Source: a virus
Lineage: Duplodnaviria; Caudoviricetes
IMG/VR virus record: IMGVR_UViG_3300031857_000159
Location: 1-63,865 of that record
DNA: 63,865 nucleotides
Strand: one strand, 5' to 3'
Position 1 is the first letter of the stretch, and the number at the start of each line of letters is the position of its first letter. The notes under the pieces are model-generated. The model saw only the letters and a list, made by a program, of their open reading frames with translations. It was not told where the DNA came from and ran no database searches. This document shows, one piece after another, positions 19,338 through 29,000 of the stretch. The position numbers and the translations under genes are program-made.

Positions 19338-20888
19338 ATGATAATAAATCCTTACGTATTTGCAGGACCAACTTACGACCCCGATGCACAGGCTTACTTT
19401 ACTGCTAACACGGCAATAACAAGTGATGCAGATAAAACAGCTATTAATACCTTTTATTTAGGTCTTAAAAGTGATGGTGTTTATACTAAGATAAAAGCAA
19501 TGTACTTGCCATTGTGGAGTTCAGCAAGTTCAAATAAATGGAATTTAAAAGACCCAAGAGATTTAGATGCGGCTTTTAGACTTACTTTTTCAACAGGATG
19601 GACACATTCAAGCGGTGGAATGACACCAAATGGGACAAGTGCCTATGCAAATACTTTTATTCCTGGCAACACTTTTTCTTCAAATGTTCATTTATCTTTT
19701 TATTCAGGCACTCAAACTGTAGGTGGGGCTTTTGAAATGGGAAGTTCGGATGGTACCACTACAACATTAAGTAATAGACCTGCTGTGAATTGTGGATTGG
19801 GTGGACTAACAACAATTAATTTTACAACAACAACGGATGCTCGTGGTTTTTGGATAGGTTCAAAACGTAGCAATACGGACAGAGAGGTATACAGAAATGG
19901 AGCAAGCCAAAATACAGTAACAACATCTATTACTAATGCTTTTGCATCCATGAATATATGGATAGGTGGTGTTAATAGTAATAATTCTTTAGGTTTTCCA
20001 TCATCCAAACAATCAAGATTTGTTTCTATTGGTTTAGGCTTAACAGATACAGAAGCAAGTAATTTAAGCAGTAGAGTTAATACATTAATGGCTTACTTTG
20101 GTATTAATACTTACCCTGTTGTTTCAGATGCAGATGCGCAAGCTTATATAAATGCTAACGAGGCAATAACAAGTCAGTCAGATGCTAATGCAATAAATAC
20201 ATTCTTTACAGGATTAAAAACTGACGGAATTTATACTAAGATAAAAGCAATGTATCTTCCAATTTGGGGCAGTGCTGCATCTTCAAAATGGAATTTAATA
20301 AATAATAGAACTTTTGATTTAACTTTTACAACTGGGTGGACTTTTTCAAGTGGAGGTGCTTTGCCAAATGGAACAAGTGCATATGCTAATACCTTTTTAA
20401 CTCCATCTTCACATTTATCGTTAAATTCTGCACATTTATCTTTTTATTCACGCACTAATTCAACAGGAAATTTTGCTGACATGGGGGTTGCTAATAATAG
20501 TACAAATTTATCAGCAATACTAATAATGTCTAAATGGAGCGATAATAAATTTTATGGTCAAGTTAATGATTATGATTTTACTGATAACAGTGTTGCTGAT
20601 AGTTTAGGTTTTTTCTGTGGTTCAAGAACAGCAAGTAATGTGCAAAAAACATTTAAAAATGCAACTATTGTAACAAGTAAATCAGCAGCATCAACCGTAT
20701 TAGTGGGTTATCAAATCCCAATTGGAGCAAGATATATTCAAAATGTATCTGGTAGTCCAGGTTACACAAGTTATTCAAATCGACAATGTTCTTTCGCATC
20801 AATTGGTGATGGATTAACAGATGCAGAAGCAAGTAATTTTTACACAAGAGTAAATACATTAATGACTTATTTTGGAATAAACGTTTAA
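19338..20888 (+). CDS. putative receptor-binding protein (two tandem copies of the 18352 domain)
   Basis: internal repeat DADAQAY...KIKAMYLP.W...RVNTLM.YFG.N. Confidence 0.65.
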   Translation: MIINPYVFAGPTYDPDAQAYFTANTAITSDADKTAINTFYLGLKSDGVYTKIKAMYLPLWSSASSNKWNLKDPRDLDAAFRLTFSTGWTHSSGGMTPNGTSAYANTFIPGNTFSSNVHLSFYSGTQTVGGAFEMGSSDGTTTTLSNRPAVNCGLGGLTTINFTTTTDARGFWIGSKRSNTDREVYRNGASQNTVTTSITNAFASMNIWIGGVNSNNSLGFPSSKQSRFVSIGLGLTDTEASNLSSRVNTLMAYFGINTYPVVSDADAQAYINANEAITSQSDANAINTFFTGLKTDGIYTKIKAMYLPIWGSAASSKWNLINNRTFDLTFTTGWTFSSGGALPNGTSAYANTFLTPSSHLSLNSAHLSFYSRTNSTGNFADMGVANNSTNLSAILIMSKWSDNKFYGQVNDYDFTDNSVADSLGFFCGSRTASNVQKTFKNATIVTSKSAASTVLVGYQIPIGARYIQNVSGSPGYTSYSNRQCSFASIGDGLTDAEASNFYTRVNTLMTYFGINV

Positions 20889-20898
20889 TAAATAAATT

Positions 20899-21120
20899 AT
20901 GGAAGGCAGAATAGTAACAAACGAACAGGCAGAACAATTACAGGGAGTGTTTATTGATGCCGACACATTTTTTAATTTCGTTCAAGATATAAACGGAGTA
21001 TATTTTTTATTTTTAAGTGAACAAGACGAAGCGGATATTGCACAAACAGAATACGCATCTTTATTGCAAATACCTTTAAGTCCTTACACACCACCACCAA
21101 CACCACCAATAGATTATTAA
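20899..21120 (+). CDS. small partner protein (copy 2)
   Basis: GRIVTNEQAEQLQGVF...PPIDY as in 19123. Confidence 0.75.
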   Translation: MEGRIVTNEQAEQLQGVFIDADTFFNFVQDINGVYFLFLSEQDEADIAQTEYASLLQIPLSPYTPPPTPPIDY

Positions 21121-21122
21121 TT

Positions 21123-21437
21123 ATGAAAGAATTTATTGAGCAGTTAGGAATAAATATAGCAATATCAATTGCTGGATTATTTGGCTCGTTATTAATGATA
21201 GGAAAAAACGCTGCTCAAACTTGGAAGACAACTATATTTTCTATGCTTTCAGGCGTAGCTTGCGCCAACTATATAACTCCTATAATTTTAGATATGACAA
21301 GAATGGATGTTAAGTATCAGGTATCTGTTGGTTTTGTATTAGGCTTTTTAGGGTTACGCTCTGTTGAAATGGTAAGTAAAAAATTAATTAAAGAAGAAAA
21401 AAATGGAAACAAATCAAGTAATAAATCTGATAGCTAA
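21123..21437 (+). CDS. putative holin
   Basis: three hydrophobic helices, basic C-terminus, in lysis cassette. Confidence 0.6.
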   Translation: MKEFIEQLGINIAISIAGLFGSLLMIGKNAAQTWKTTIFSMLSGVACANYITPIILDMTRMDVKYQVSVGFVLGFLGLRSVEMVSKKLIKEEKNGNKSSNKSDS

Positions 21438-21687
21438 TATACTTTTAACAATAGGTATTACATTATTTATGGTGTTTATTTATGGTCGTTCTACTATGAT
21501 TGACAAACTTCCTTTTTTAGAAAGAATAATAATAAAAATTGCATTAGCTATGAGTGCTTGTGGAGCCTTTTTTAATGTTCTAACAATTACAGCATCTCAT
21601 AATTCGGAGATACTTTTTAATTCAGGATTAGCTGTTGTGTTTATTTGGGCAGCATGGTTCCATTTTAAGTATTTTGTTAAAAAGTAA
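21403..21687 (+). CDS. membrane protein (holin/antiholin-like)
   Basis: three TM helices. Confidence 0.55.
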   Translation: METNQVINLIANILLTIGITLFMVFIYGRSTMIDKLPFLERIIIKIALAMSACGAFFNVLTITASHNSEILFNSGLAVVFIWAAWFHFKYFVKK

Positions 21688-21717
21688 AATAATATTAAAA
21701 GATAAAATAAATTAAAT

Positions 21718-21939
21718 TTGAAAAAAATGGAAATGGATCAGACAATATACAGATTGTTACTTTGGGCGATACCTATTTTGCTTGGAATATTGGGATTTAT
21801 AGGTTCTTTAGCGGTAAAAGCATTAATGAAATTATCTGAAGATGTTAACGAGATTAAACTTGATATTAGAGAAGTTGCTGTTAAACATGAAGATTTAGAA
21901 GACAGAATTGTTAGAATAGAAAACAAGGTTTTTACATGA
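21718..21939 (+). CDS. single-TM coiled-coil membrane protein
   Basis: TM helix followed by coiled coil; overlaps endolysin start. Confidence 0.55.
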   Translation: MKKMEMDQTIYRLLLWAIPILLGILGFIGSLAVKALMKLSEDVNEIKLDIREVAVKHEDLEDRIVRIENKVFT

Positions 21940-22595
21940 AATTAACTCAAACTACTTTTTCTGCAAATCAATATATCGCGGAAGAGCATCCAAAAAAACA
22001 AATTTATTTACATCATACGGCAGGGTCAGCAGACCCTTTTGCAGTTTTTAAGATGTGGGAAAATAATCCAGAAAAGATTGCGACTTGCGTAACTGTTGGC
22101 GGTAAGCCAACTAAAACAGCAAAGTGGATTGACGGCGAAGTAGTTCAAGGATTTAGTAGTAAACATTGGGCATATCATTTAGGGTTAAAAGAATCTACAT
22201 TCCAAAAATTCAAATTACCTTACAAATCATTAGATAAAATATCGTTAGGGATTGAAGTTTGTAACTTTGGCGGATTGACTTATAAAGAAGGAAAGTATTA
22301 TACTTACGTTAATTCTGTGATACCGCAAGAAGATGTTATAACGCTACCAAAAGAATACAAAGGCTATAAGTATGTTCACGCTTATACCGATGCTCAAATA
22401 CAAGCAATAAAAGAATTGTTGTTGTTATGGAAAGAAAAATATAATATTCCATTAACTTATAACGAAGATATTTGGGACGTTACCGCAAGGGCGTTAAAAG
22501 GCGATGCTGGAGTTTATACTCATAATTCTGTACGTTACGATAAAATTGACGTAACTCCGCAGCCTAAACTAATAGAAATGCTTAAATCGCTATGA
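21936..22595 (+). CDS. endolysin, N-acetylmuramoyl-L-alanine amidase (Amidase_2)
   Basis: YLHHTAG, WAYHLG, SLGIEV, YTDAQI and THNSVR.DK.D motifs. Confidence 0.9.
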   Translation: MKLTQTTFSANQYIAEEHPKKQIYLHHTAGSADPFAVFKMWENNPEKIATCVTVGGKPTKTAKWIDGEVVQGFSSKHWAYHLGLKESTFQKFKLPYKSLDKISLGIEVCNFGGLTYKEGKYYTYVNSVIPQEDVITLPKEYKGYKYVHAYTDAQIQAIKELLLLWKEKYNIPLTYNEDIWDVTARALKGDAGVYTHNSVRYDKIDVTPQPKLIEMLKSL

Positions 22596-22879
22596 AAGAA
22601 TTATACGCTAAACTTATAGGTTCTTTTGATACTGTAACTAAAAATTCTTTTTCTGCAAGAAAATTAACAGCGTTTACCATTGTAATAATGGTTGTTGTAG
22701 CTCATGTTATTTGGATTAAGAATAGTCATTTAAAATCAGATTTTAGTTTGTTACCCGAAATACTACTTATTGATTACGGAATGATTTCGGTATGCTTAGG
22801 ATTAACAACGTTTGAAAATATAAAACTGAAAAATGAAAAAAAATCTACTGATAATAATACTGCTACTAACACTCCTTAA
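22592..22879 (+). CDS. holin-like membrane protein
   Basis: FSARKL followed by two TM helices, LGLTTFE motif. Confidence 0.55.
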   Translation: MKELYAKLIGSFDTVTKNSFSARKLTAFTIVIMVVVAHVIWIKNSHLKSDFSLLPEILLIDYGMISVCLGLTTFENIKLKNEKKSTDNNTATNTP

Positions 22880-23345
22880 TGGTTGTGTGTCCGAAAAGAA
22901 AAGACAGCAAATTTGCCAAAAGTGTCCCGTTAAAATAGAAAAAGAAGTACACGATTCTATTATTGAAAAATTAAGAGATACTACAATTTACATTACCCAA
23001 CAAGGACCAACACAATTTTTAGAAAATCCATGTAAAAATCTTTGCGATAGTTTAGGAAATTTAAAGCCTGTAAAAATAGAAACTAAAAAGAATGGCATTA
23101 AATCAACTATTAAATCACAAGGCAACTCTTTAATCTTTGAGTGCGAAACAGACAGCTTAAAAGCCGTTATAAATGGCTTAAAAGAAACTATAAGAATCAC
23201 TAAGGAAAAGGAAGTTAAAGAGGTTCCTGTTTGTCATTTAGATCACAAAACAAAATTTGATGGTTTTACTTTTTGGTGGTTTTGGATTACGGCTTGCGCT
23301 ATTGCAATTAAGTTTGTAGTAAATAAAATTCAAAGTAAAATATAA
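22833..23345 (+). CDS. probable unimolecular spanin
   Basis: lipoprotein signal ending LNGC plus C-terminal TM (GFTFWWFWITACAIAIKFVV); last gene of the lysis cassette. Confidence 0.65.
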   Translation: MKKNLLIIILLLTLLNGCVSEKKRQQICQKCPVKIEKEVHDSIIEKLRDTTIYITQQGPTQFLENPCKNLCDSLGNLKPVKIETKKNGIKSTIKSQGNSLIFECETDSLKAVINGLKETIRITKEKEVKEVPVCHLDHKTKFDGFTFWWFWITACAIAIKFVVNKIQSKI

Positions 23346-23390
23346 AATAATTATACTGACTATCAGTTAATTACAAAATAATGTTTTTAA

Positions 23391-23439
23391 ATTTGTAACT
23401 TTATACAAATATTTGCGTTAAACATTATAAAAACTATCA
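23391..23439 (+). promoter_or_regulatory. ECF-sigma-like promoter TGTAAC-N16-CGTTA with overlapping palindrome and AACTATCA leader
   Basis: same architecture at 49205-49255 and 55012-55059. Confidence 0.65.
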
Positions 23440-23442
23440 AAC

Positions 23443-23772
23443 ATGAAAACAACAATCAAAAATCAAGACTACTTTAATGGGTTAATTCAAGGCGTTGTCG
23501 CTATGTATAAATTAGGCGAATGTATAAGTGACGACTTAAATCTTGAGTGGAGAATCGAATTTGTAGACAGTAAAAAAGCAAATGTTTATTGCGATTATTC
23601 ATCTTATTCTTGTTATGTATTAGCAAATCCCGGTGATGAGGATTTTGCGCCAGAGTACGAACATATTAATGTTAGAGATACAATGGTTACTCAAATAGAT
23701 AACATTGAAGATGTTGATCATATAATAGACAGAATTACAATAGGAATATTAGCAGAATTACCAAACGTTTAA
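23443..23772 (+). CDS. acidic hypothetical protein (moron-like)
   Basis: has its own promoter within the late region. Confidence 0.7.
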   Translation: MKTTIKNQDYFNGLIQGVVAMYKLGECISDDLNLEWRIEFVDSKKANVYCDYSSYSCYVLANPGDEDFAPEYEHINVRDTMVTQIDNIEDVDHIIDRITIGILAELPNV

Positions 23773-23784
23773 AAATTAATAATT

Positions 23785-23985
23785 ATGAATATTTTATTTG
23801 AATTTTACGGACAAACAGTTACAGTTGATTGTTATGTTGATAATTATAATCAAGTTGATTATGAGTATGAAGAAACTTTATTTACTGACGAGCAAGTAAT
23901 CGAAATAGATAAAAAGTTGAATAGTTTAAATTCTGAAATAAGAGAAACTATTAAAAAGCGTAATATGTTAGGGATTGATTGTTAA
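23785..23985 (+). CDS. small acidic hypothetical protein
   Basis: co-transcribed with 23443. Confidence 0.6.
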   Translation: MNILFEFYGQTVTVDCYVDNYNQVDYEYEETLFTDEQVIEIDKKLNSLNSEIRETIKKRNMLGIDC

Positions 23986-24031
23986 TAAATAACAATTCAA
24001 TAAGTATTGAAAATTCTTTATATTTGTTTCC

Positions 24032-24874
24032 ATGACTGGAAACGAAATTACATATTCAATCATTAATATACTAACAAGATTTGGTTTCACAGACGACAGC
24101 AGGTTGGATGCCGATCAGATTGCTTTTTTTCGTGACAATGTACGTTCACAATTAATTCACGCAGAATATAATCAGACAAAGGTTGTAGACAATTCTTGGA
24201 TGCAAGATTTAGGTTTCGTGAGTACAACTCCTGTTAATTTTAATGACGACAGTAGCATTCCTTTTTGCGAATGTATTGTTTCAAAAGTTACATTACCCGA
24301 TAACATTAGTTTATACAATCCTCAATCATCTTCTGATTCAGGGCTTAAATTAATTTCATCGTGCGGAACAAGACAATTTTACTATTACCCAATAGAGCTA
24401 TTAGCTCAAATACCAAAAGAACACGTTAGAAACAAGTTCTACTATTATTATAAGATTGGCAACGCTTATTACATCAATAAGCAAATGGACAAAGTAAGAG
24501 CTATAATGGTTCTTAATCGTCCTAAAGATACTTCTGTTATAAATACAGAATTTGTATCTTCAGGTAATTTAGTAGTTGGCACAAGCTATACGGTTTACGA
24601 AGCGCAGGTTGTTCATAACAGTTTAGGTTATAATCCCGGACAAACATTCACTGCTGTAAATGCAAATTATACAGGATTAGGGAAAGTTAAAACAACAAGT
24701 AGAACATCTGCATACACAGAAGATAGTCCATATCCTGTTCAAGGAGATATGGCAAGACAAATAATTTTAGAAGTATTGTCAAAAGAATTTGGAATTGAAG
24801 AAACGAAAATTGTAGACGTTAAGAATAATTCGGAGGACGATGAGCAAGAACGTAAAAAAGCAGTTACTCCTTAA
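24032..24874 (+). CDS. tail ring protein (crAss-like); apparently leaderless
   Basis: synteny (ring-IHF-tube-muzzle), DSPYP motif; ATG 5 nt after TATATTTG (24019-24026). Confidence 0.6.
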   Translation: MTGNEITYSIINILTRFGFTDDSRLDADQIAFFRDNVRSQLIHAEYNQTKVVDNSWMQDLGFVSTTPVNFNDDSSIPFCECIVSKVTLPDNISLYNPQSSSDSGLKLISSCGTRQFYYYPIELLAQIPKEHVRNKFYYYYKIGNAYYINKQMDKVRAIMVLNRPKDTSVINTEFVSSGNLVVGTSYTVYEAQVVHNSLGYNPGQTFTAVNANYTGLGKVKTTSRTSAYTEDSPYPVQGDMARQIILEVLSKEFGIEETKIVDVKNNSEDDEQERKKAVTP

Positions 24875-25292
24875 CAGAAAGTCTGCCAATAGAGGCAGGA
24901 AAATGATAAGGAAAGTAACGAAAAAAAGCGTAAAGCGTTCTGAAGTATATAAGGTTTGGGAATCATATTTAGATTTGTTCTATGAAAATTTGTTGACGGG
25001 TAAAGAGGTAAAAGGAATGGCTAACGTAGGAACTTTTGTTGTAGAAAAAAGCAAAGTTTCTGAATCTACTAAAAAGTTAAGAGCAAAAGGATTAGTTGCT
25101 AAAAAAGGAAAATTAATGCCTTTAAAAGTATTGAATCTTAACAATTTAGATTATGCCTTTAAGGTTAATTACTATAAAGGAAAATCAATAGTAGACGGAG
25201 TTAAGTTTTACCCTTGTCAGAAATTAAGGAAAAAAATATTTGAAACAGTAAGTAAAGGAAAAGATTTTAGAGAATGTCAATTAACAGATTAA
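24840..25292 (+). CDS. IHF/HU-like basic DNA-binding protein
   Basis: G.EV...NVGTF.VEK motif; position matches the IHF-like gene in crAss tail modules. Confidence 0.6.
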   Translation: MSKNVKKQLLLNRKSANRGRKMIRKVTKKSVKRSEVYKVWESYLDLFYENLLTGKEVKGMANVGTFVVEKSKVSESTKKLRAKGLVAKKGKLMPLKVLNLNNLDYAFKVNYYKGKSIVDGVKFYPCQKLRKKIFETVSKGKDFRECQLTD

Positions 25293-26023
25293 TATCAATA
25301 AGGAATCCAATTATAGACGCTATGGATATGGTTGGCGCAGACAGGTCTGTTGATATGCCTGTATTTACCAATTGGGCGGTACAGGCAGAAAAAGAAATAG
25401 CTAGTAGATTTGCAATGGTAGTTAGTAAAAAAGTATTAACTATTCATGGATGCGCTGCTGAATTACCATGCTGTGCGGTAATATTGCAAAGAGCAATTAT
25501 GGGAGATCATGGTTGTGATTGTGATAGTTTGTTTAGCACTTGTTTTCAAGGAGCTGGTAATTATTTCATCAACAATACAAATCAATATAGTTCGGGATTT
25601 TTAATAGTGGATTACGACCCTAATTCTGTAAACTACTTTAATGGATTTATTGACTATCAAGTTCAAAACAATCAGTTGCTTTTTAGAAGAAACTTAGATG
25701 GAAAAAAAGTAACCATTGAATATGTAGGTTATCAAGAAGACGAGAACGGATTCATAATGATTTCAGAAAATCATACAAGAGCGATTACAGAATTTATTTT
25801 GTGGAAGTACGGCGTAAGAAGTGAGTATTCTGCAAGACCATTATCTCCTGCGATGACAATAGAGCATAAAAGGGAATGGTTTAGATTATGCAAACACTCA
25901 AGAGCTCAAGACAACATATTGACTGAATCAGACAGAGAAGAAATAGCACAAGTTATAAATAATCCTTACAAAGGAAGAGGATTGTGGGTAGGAATGTATC
26001 CAACAGGTTATAGTTATTACTAA
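25274..26023 (+). CDS. tail tubular/ring protein
   Basis: AELPC, V.IEY.G..DENGF..I and W..LC motifs; upstream of muzzle gene. Confidence 0.7.
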   Translation: MSINRLISIRNPIIDAMDMVGADRSVDMPVFTNWAVQAEKEIASRFAMVVSKKVLTIHGCAAELPCCAVILQRAIMGDHGCDCDSLFSTCFQGAGNYFINNTNQYSSGFLIVDYDPNSVNYFNGFIDYQVQNNQLLFRRNLDGKKVTIEYVGYQEDENGFIMISENHTRAITEFILWKYGVRSEYSARPLSPAMTIEHKREWFRLCKHSRAQDNILTESDREEIAQVINNPYKGRGLWVGMYPTGYSYY

Positions 26024-29000
26024 TGGAAATTACAAATACGTTTGAAGGTGGTTTAACCAAAGATAGCAATATATTATTGCAACCTAGAGGAACTTACAGG
26101 GACATGAATAATGGAATGTTGGTTTCTTATGATGGCAATGATTATGTTATTGAGTTACCAAAAGGCACAAAAGTAACGTTTACTATTCCGCCGATATATA
26201 ATGCAGTCTATACTTCTAAACAAGCATTACCTTCTGTAATAGGATATATATCATTTATTGATACGCTAGTAGTATTTTCTACAAACGTAGACAGTGGTGG
26301 TTATGGCGAAATAGGTCAAGTAACATTTGATAAAGACGGAATTGGGACTTACGTTCCTTTGTACGGTCATGCAGAATTAAATTTTGGCAGAGAAAATCAA
26401 ATAACAGGATTTACGTTTGAAGAAAACGACAGAATAAAAAGGGTTTATTGGACTGATAATTATAATCAACCGAGAGTATTAAACGTTAAAGACCCTGCTT
26501 TTATTGAAGTAAATTCGGGCGATTTAGATAACGGAGAACAATACATGGTTGTTGGTGGCGCTATTAGCTATAATGATGGTTCAGGTTTAAAAAATTATGG
26601 ACCGGGATTAACAGATACAAACATATTTACAGCAGGAGCAACAACTACTTATACTGTTATTGATGGTAGTCCAAAAGTTTATCAATACATAGATTATAAA
26701 GCTTTAAGTTGGTACCCTGACAGAATAAATCCTGAAATAGATTTTAATAAATATGTACCGGGAACTCTTTATGGAGGTTCTAAATCTTATTTTGTAAGAT
26801 TAAGTATAGAAAGTCAAGGACTTAAAACATCATGGAGTTACGGTTCGTTTCCTATAAATGTTTATAGCATCAATTCTTTTGGTAGCTATAACTTAGTTCA
26901 AGGGACTGGCGCAGGAGGTGTATTAACGGCTACTACGGTAGGTGTAGAATTAAAAATTTCAGGATTAGACACGTCTTATTTTGACACTATTGAAGTTGCT
27001 GTTGCTGAATACGATCAAGCATATAACGTTTTAAGGTCAGCTAATATATTTGCTACTGAAAAAATAACAAGCGACACGATGTATATTCAACATATCCGAG
27101 AGGGTGGTACTGAATTATCGTTAAATGAATTGACATTATTTCCTGCAAGTATATTAAGAGCAAAAGATATTACTACTAATAAAAACTTTAATGTAATTGG
27201 AAACATTACTGAAAGAGGAGAGTTGGAAAAGTTTGATAAAGCATCTGTAACAATAAACGATTTAAGCTATTTAGTTCCTGCTGATTATTGGTGGGATGTT
27301 ACTGTTGCGCCTCCAACTTCTCCTATGAACGCAGGTTTACCTGCGCAACCTTCTACTGGAGTAGCGTCAGGTCTTCTTTTTATTGATGGTCACTATTTAG
27401 TTACGGGAGGCGTAGTGAATTATGGCGGTACAAATTATGGCGATTCACAGCCTCAAAACACTTTTCAAACAACAACCGCGTTAGGTGTAGCTTATACTAT
27501 TGTTTCAGGAACTCCATCAGTAAGGGCTTGTATAAGAACTAAAAGATATAAAACGTTTGCGGGTGTTGACAAATGGAAATCCATACCCTTAAACGATGAT
27601 TATTTTGATTATCGGGGAATGGCATCTACTCAATATTTAAGACAATATTGGAGTAATGAAACGTATAGATTTGCAGTAGTCCCTTACGATAAAAAAGGCG
27701 ACCCAATGTACGCAAGATGGTTAGGGGATTGGCAAGTTCAATCTTTAGCTGACAAAGGTGGTCCTATGAAGTATAACGCATATCAAAATCACTCTTTAAG
27801 AATCAATGGAATTAGGATAAGCGGATTAACATTTGCTCCTGAAGACATTGACAAGATGAGTGGATTTAGTATAATGAGAGCTCCAAGAGATAAACAATAT
27901 CAAGCGCAAGGTATTTTATTTCAAACTTGCGGAACATCAATTTCTCCAAATGGAACTATACAGCAATTACCGTTAGCTACATTAGAATCTTCTGCTGAAT
28001 ACATGGCAAATCCTTCGGGCTACATATATAAGAATGTAATGAATTGGCATAGTCCTGATGCTGTTTTTGATTATTACGCTTTATCCTCTGGAAAGTTTTT
28101 ACAGGGCGATTGTTTTGTAAAAATACCGAATAACGCAACAGTAGCTTCTTTGTATAGTCAAAATGGGGTTGATGAATATAATTCTAAGTGGTACGAATAT
28201 CAAGGAGCAACACTTCAGCAATTTACTATAAACAAAATACAAGGAGTAAATCCGGGAGGTAGCATAAATAGCTTTTATGTAGGAACTACTTTTGATAATA
28301 ATTTAACCGAAATAAATGGGGCATATCCTGTTTCTAATGGAGAAAAGTCCGTTGGCTGTAAGACGTTTGTATTAGAACTCAATGGAAATCCAAATTTTCC
28401 AAACGGAAACTTAATGGGTGATTATGCTGAAAAGAGTGAAACAGCTAAACCGTTAATGAATTTTTATACTCCAAAAACAAATTTATACGGCGGAACATCG
28501 CCAAGCGCTCTTGCTAACACTATTTATATCCCAACAGGACACTATCAAAAAATAGATAGTTCTGTTAAGGCTGATACGTTTAATGGAACTAATTATGTGT
28601 TTAATGAGATAGATGTTTTTGGAGGGGATTCGTTTTTAGGAATTTTTAGTATAGGTAAGTCTTTGTATGATAATGTTCAATATCCTAAGGCACTTATTCC
28701 TCCTCCATTTGGTACTTTTTCTTATGGTATATTTTTTCCAATAGAATCTAATGTAAATCATTATTTAAGACAAGGATTAAATATTCAGCAATTCGGAATG
28801 CACAATAATCCTTCAGGAGTTTATTATAACAATAGTGGAAGTACAAATCCAGAACAATTTTTAGTAAACGGTGGTTATACTTCAGATGGCGTTGTTGCGT
28901 ATCCTGCGTTACCCGTGACCCCGTTAACAGATAAATTTCCTTATAGAGTAAGATGGGCAGGACCAAAAGTATTAGGGGAAACAATAGATACATTTAGAAC

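Larger units (their letters stand above)
18352..21120 (+). repeat. tandem duplication of [lectin-like protein + 70-aa partner] cassette
   Basis: first ~75 nt of 18352 and 19338 nearly identical; 19123 and 20899 genes nearly identical. Confidence 0.85.

Noticed and set aside
18352-20888. Diversity-generating retroelement (TR/VR) among the repeated fibre domains
   Set aside because: No reverse transcriptase gene is present; differences between copies are not adenine-specific and all copies are coding.
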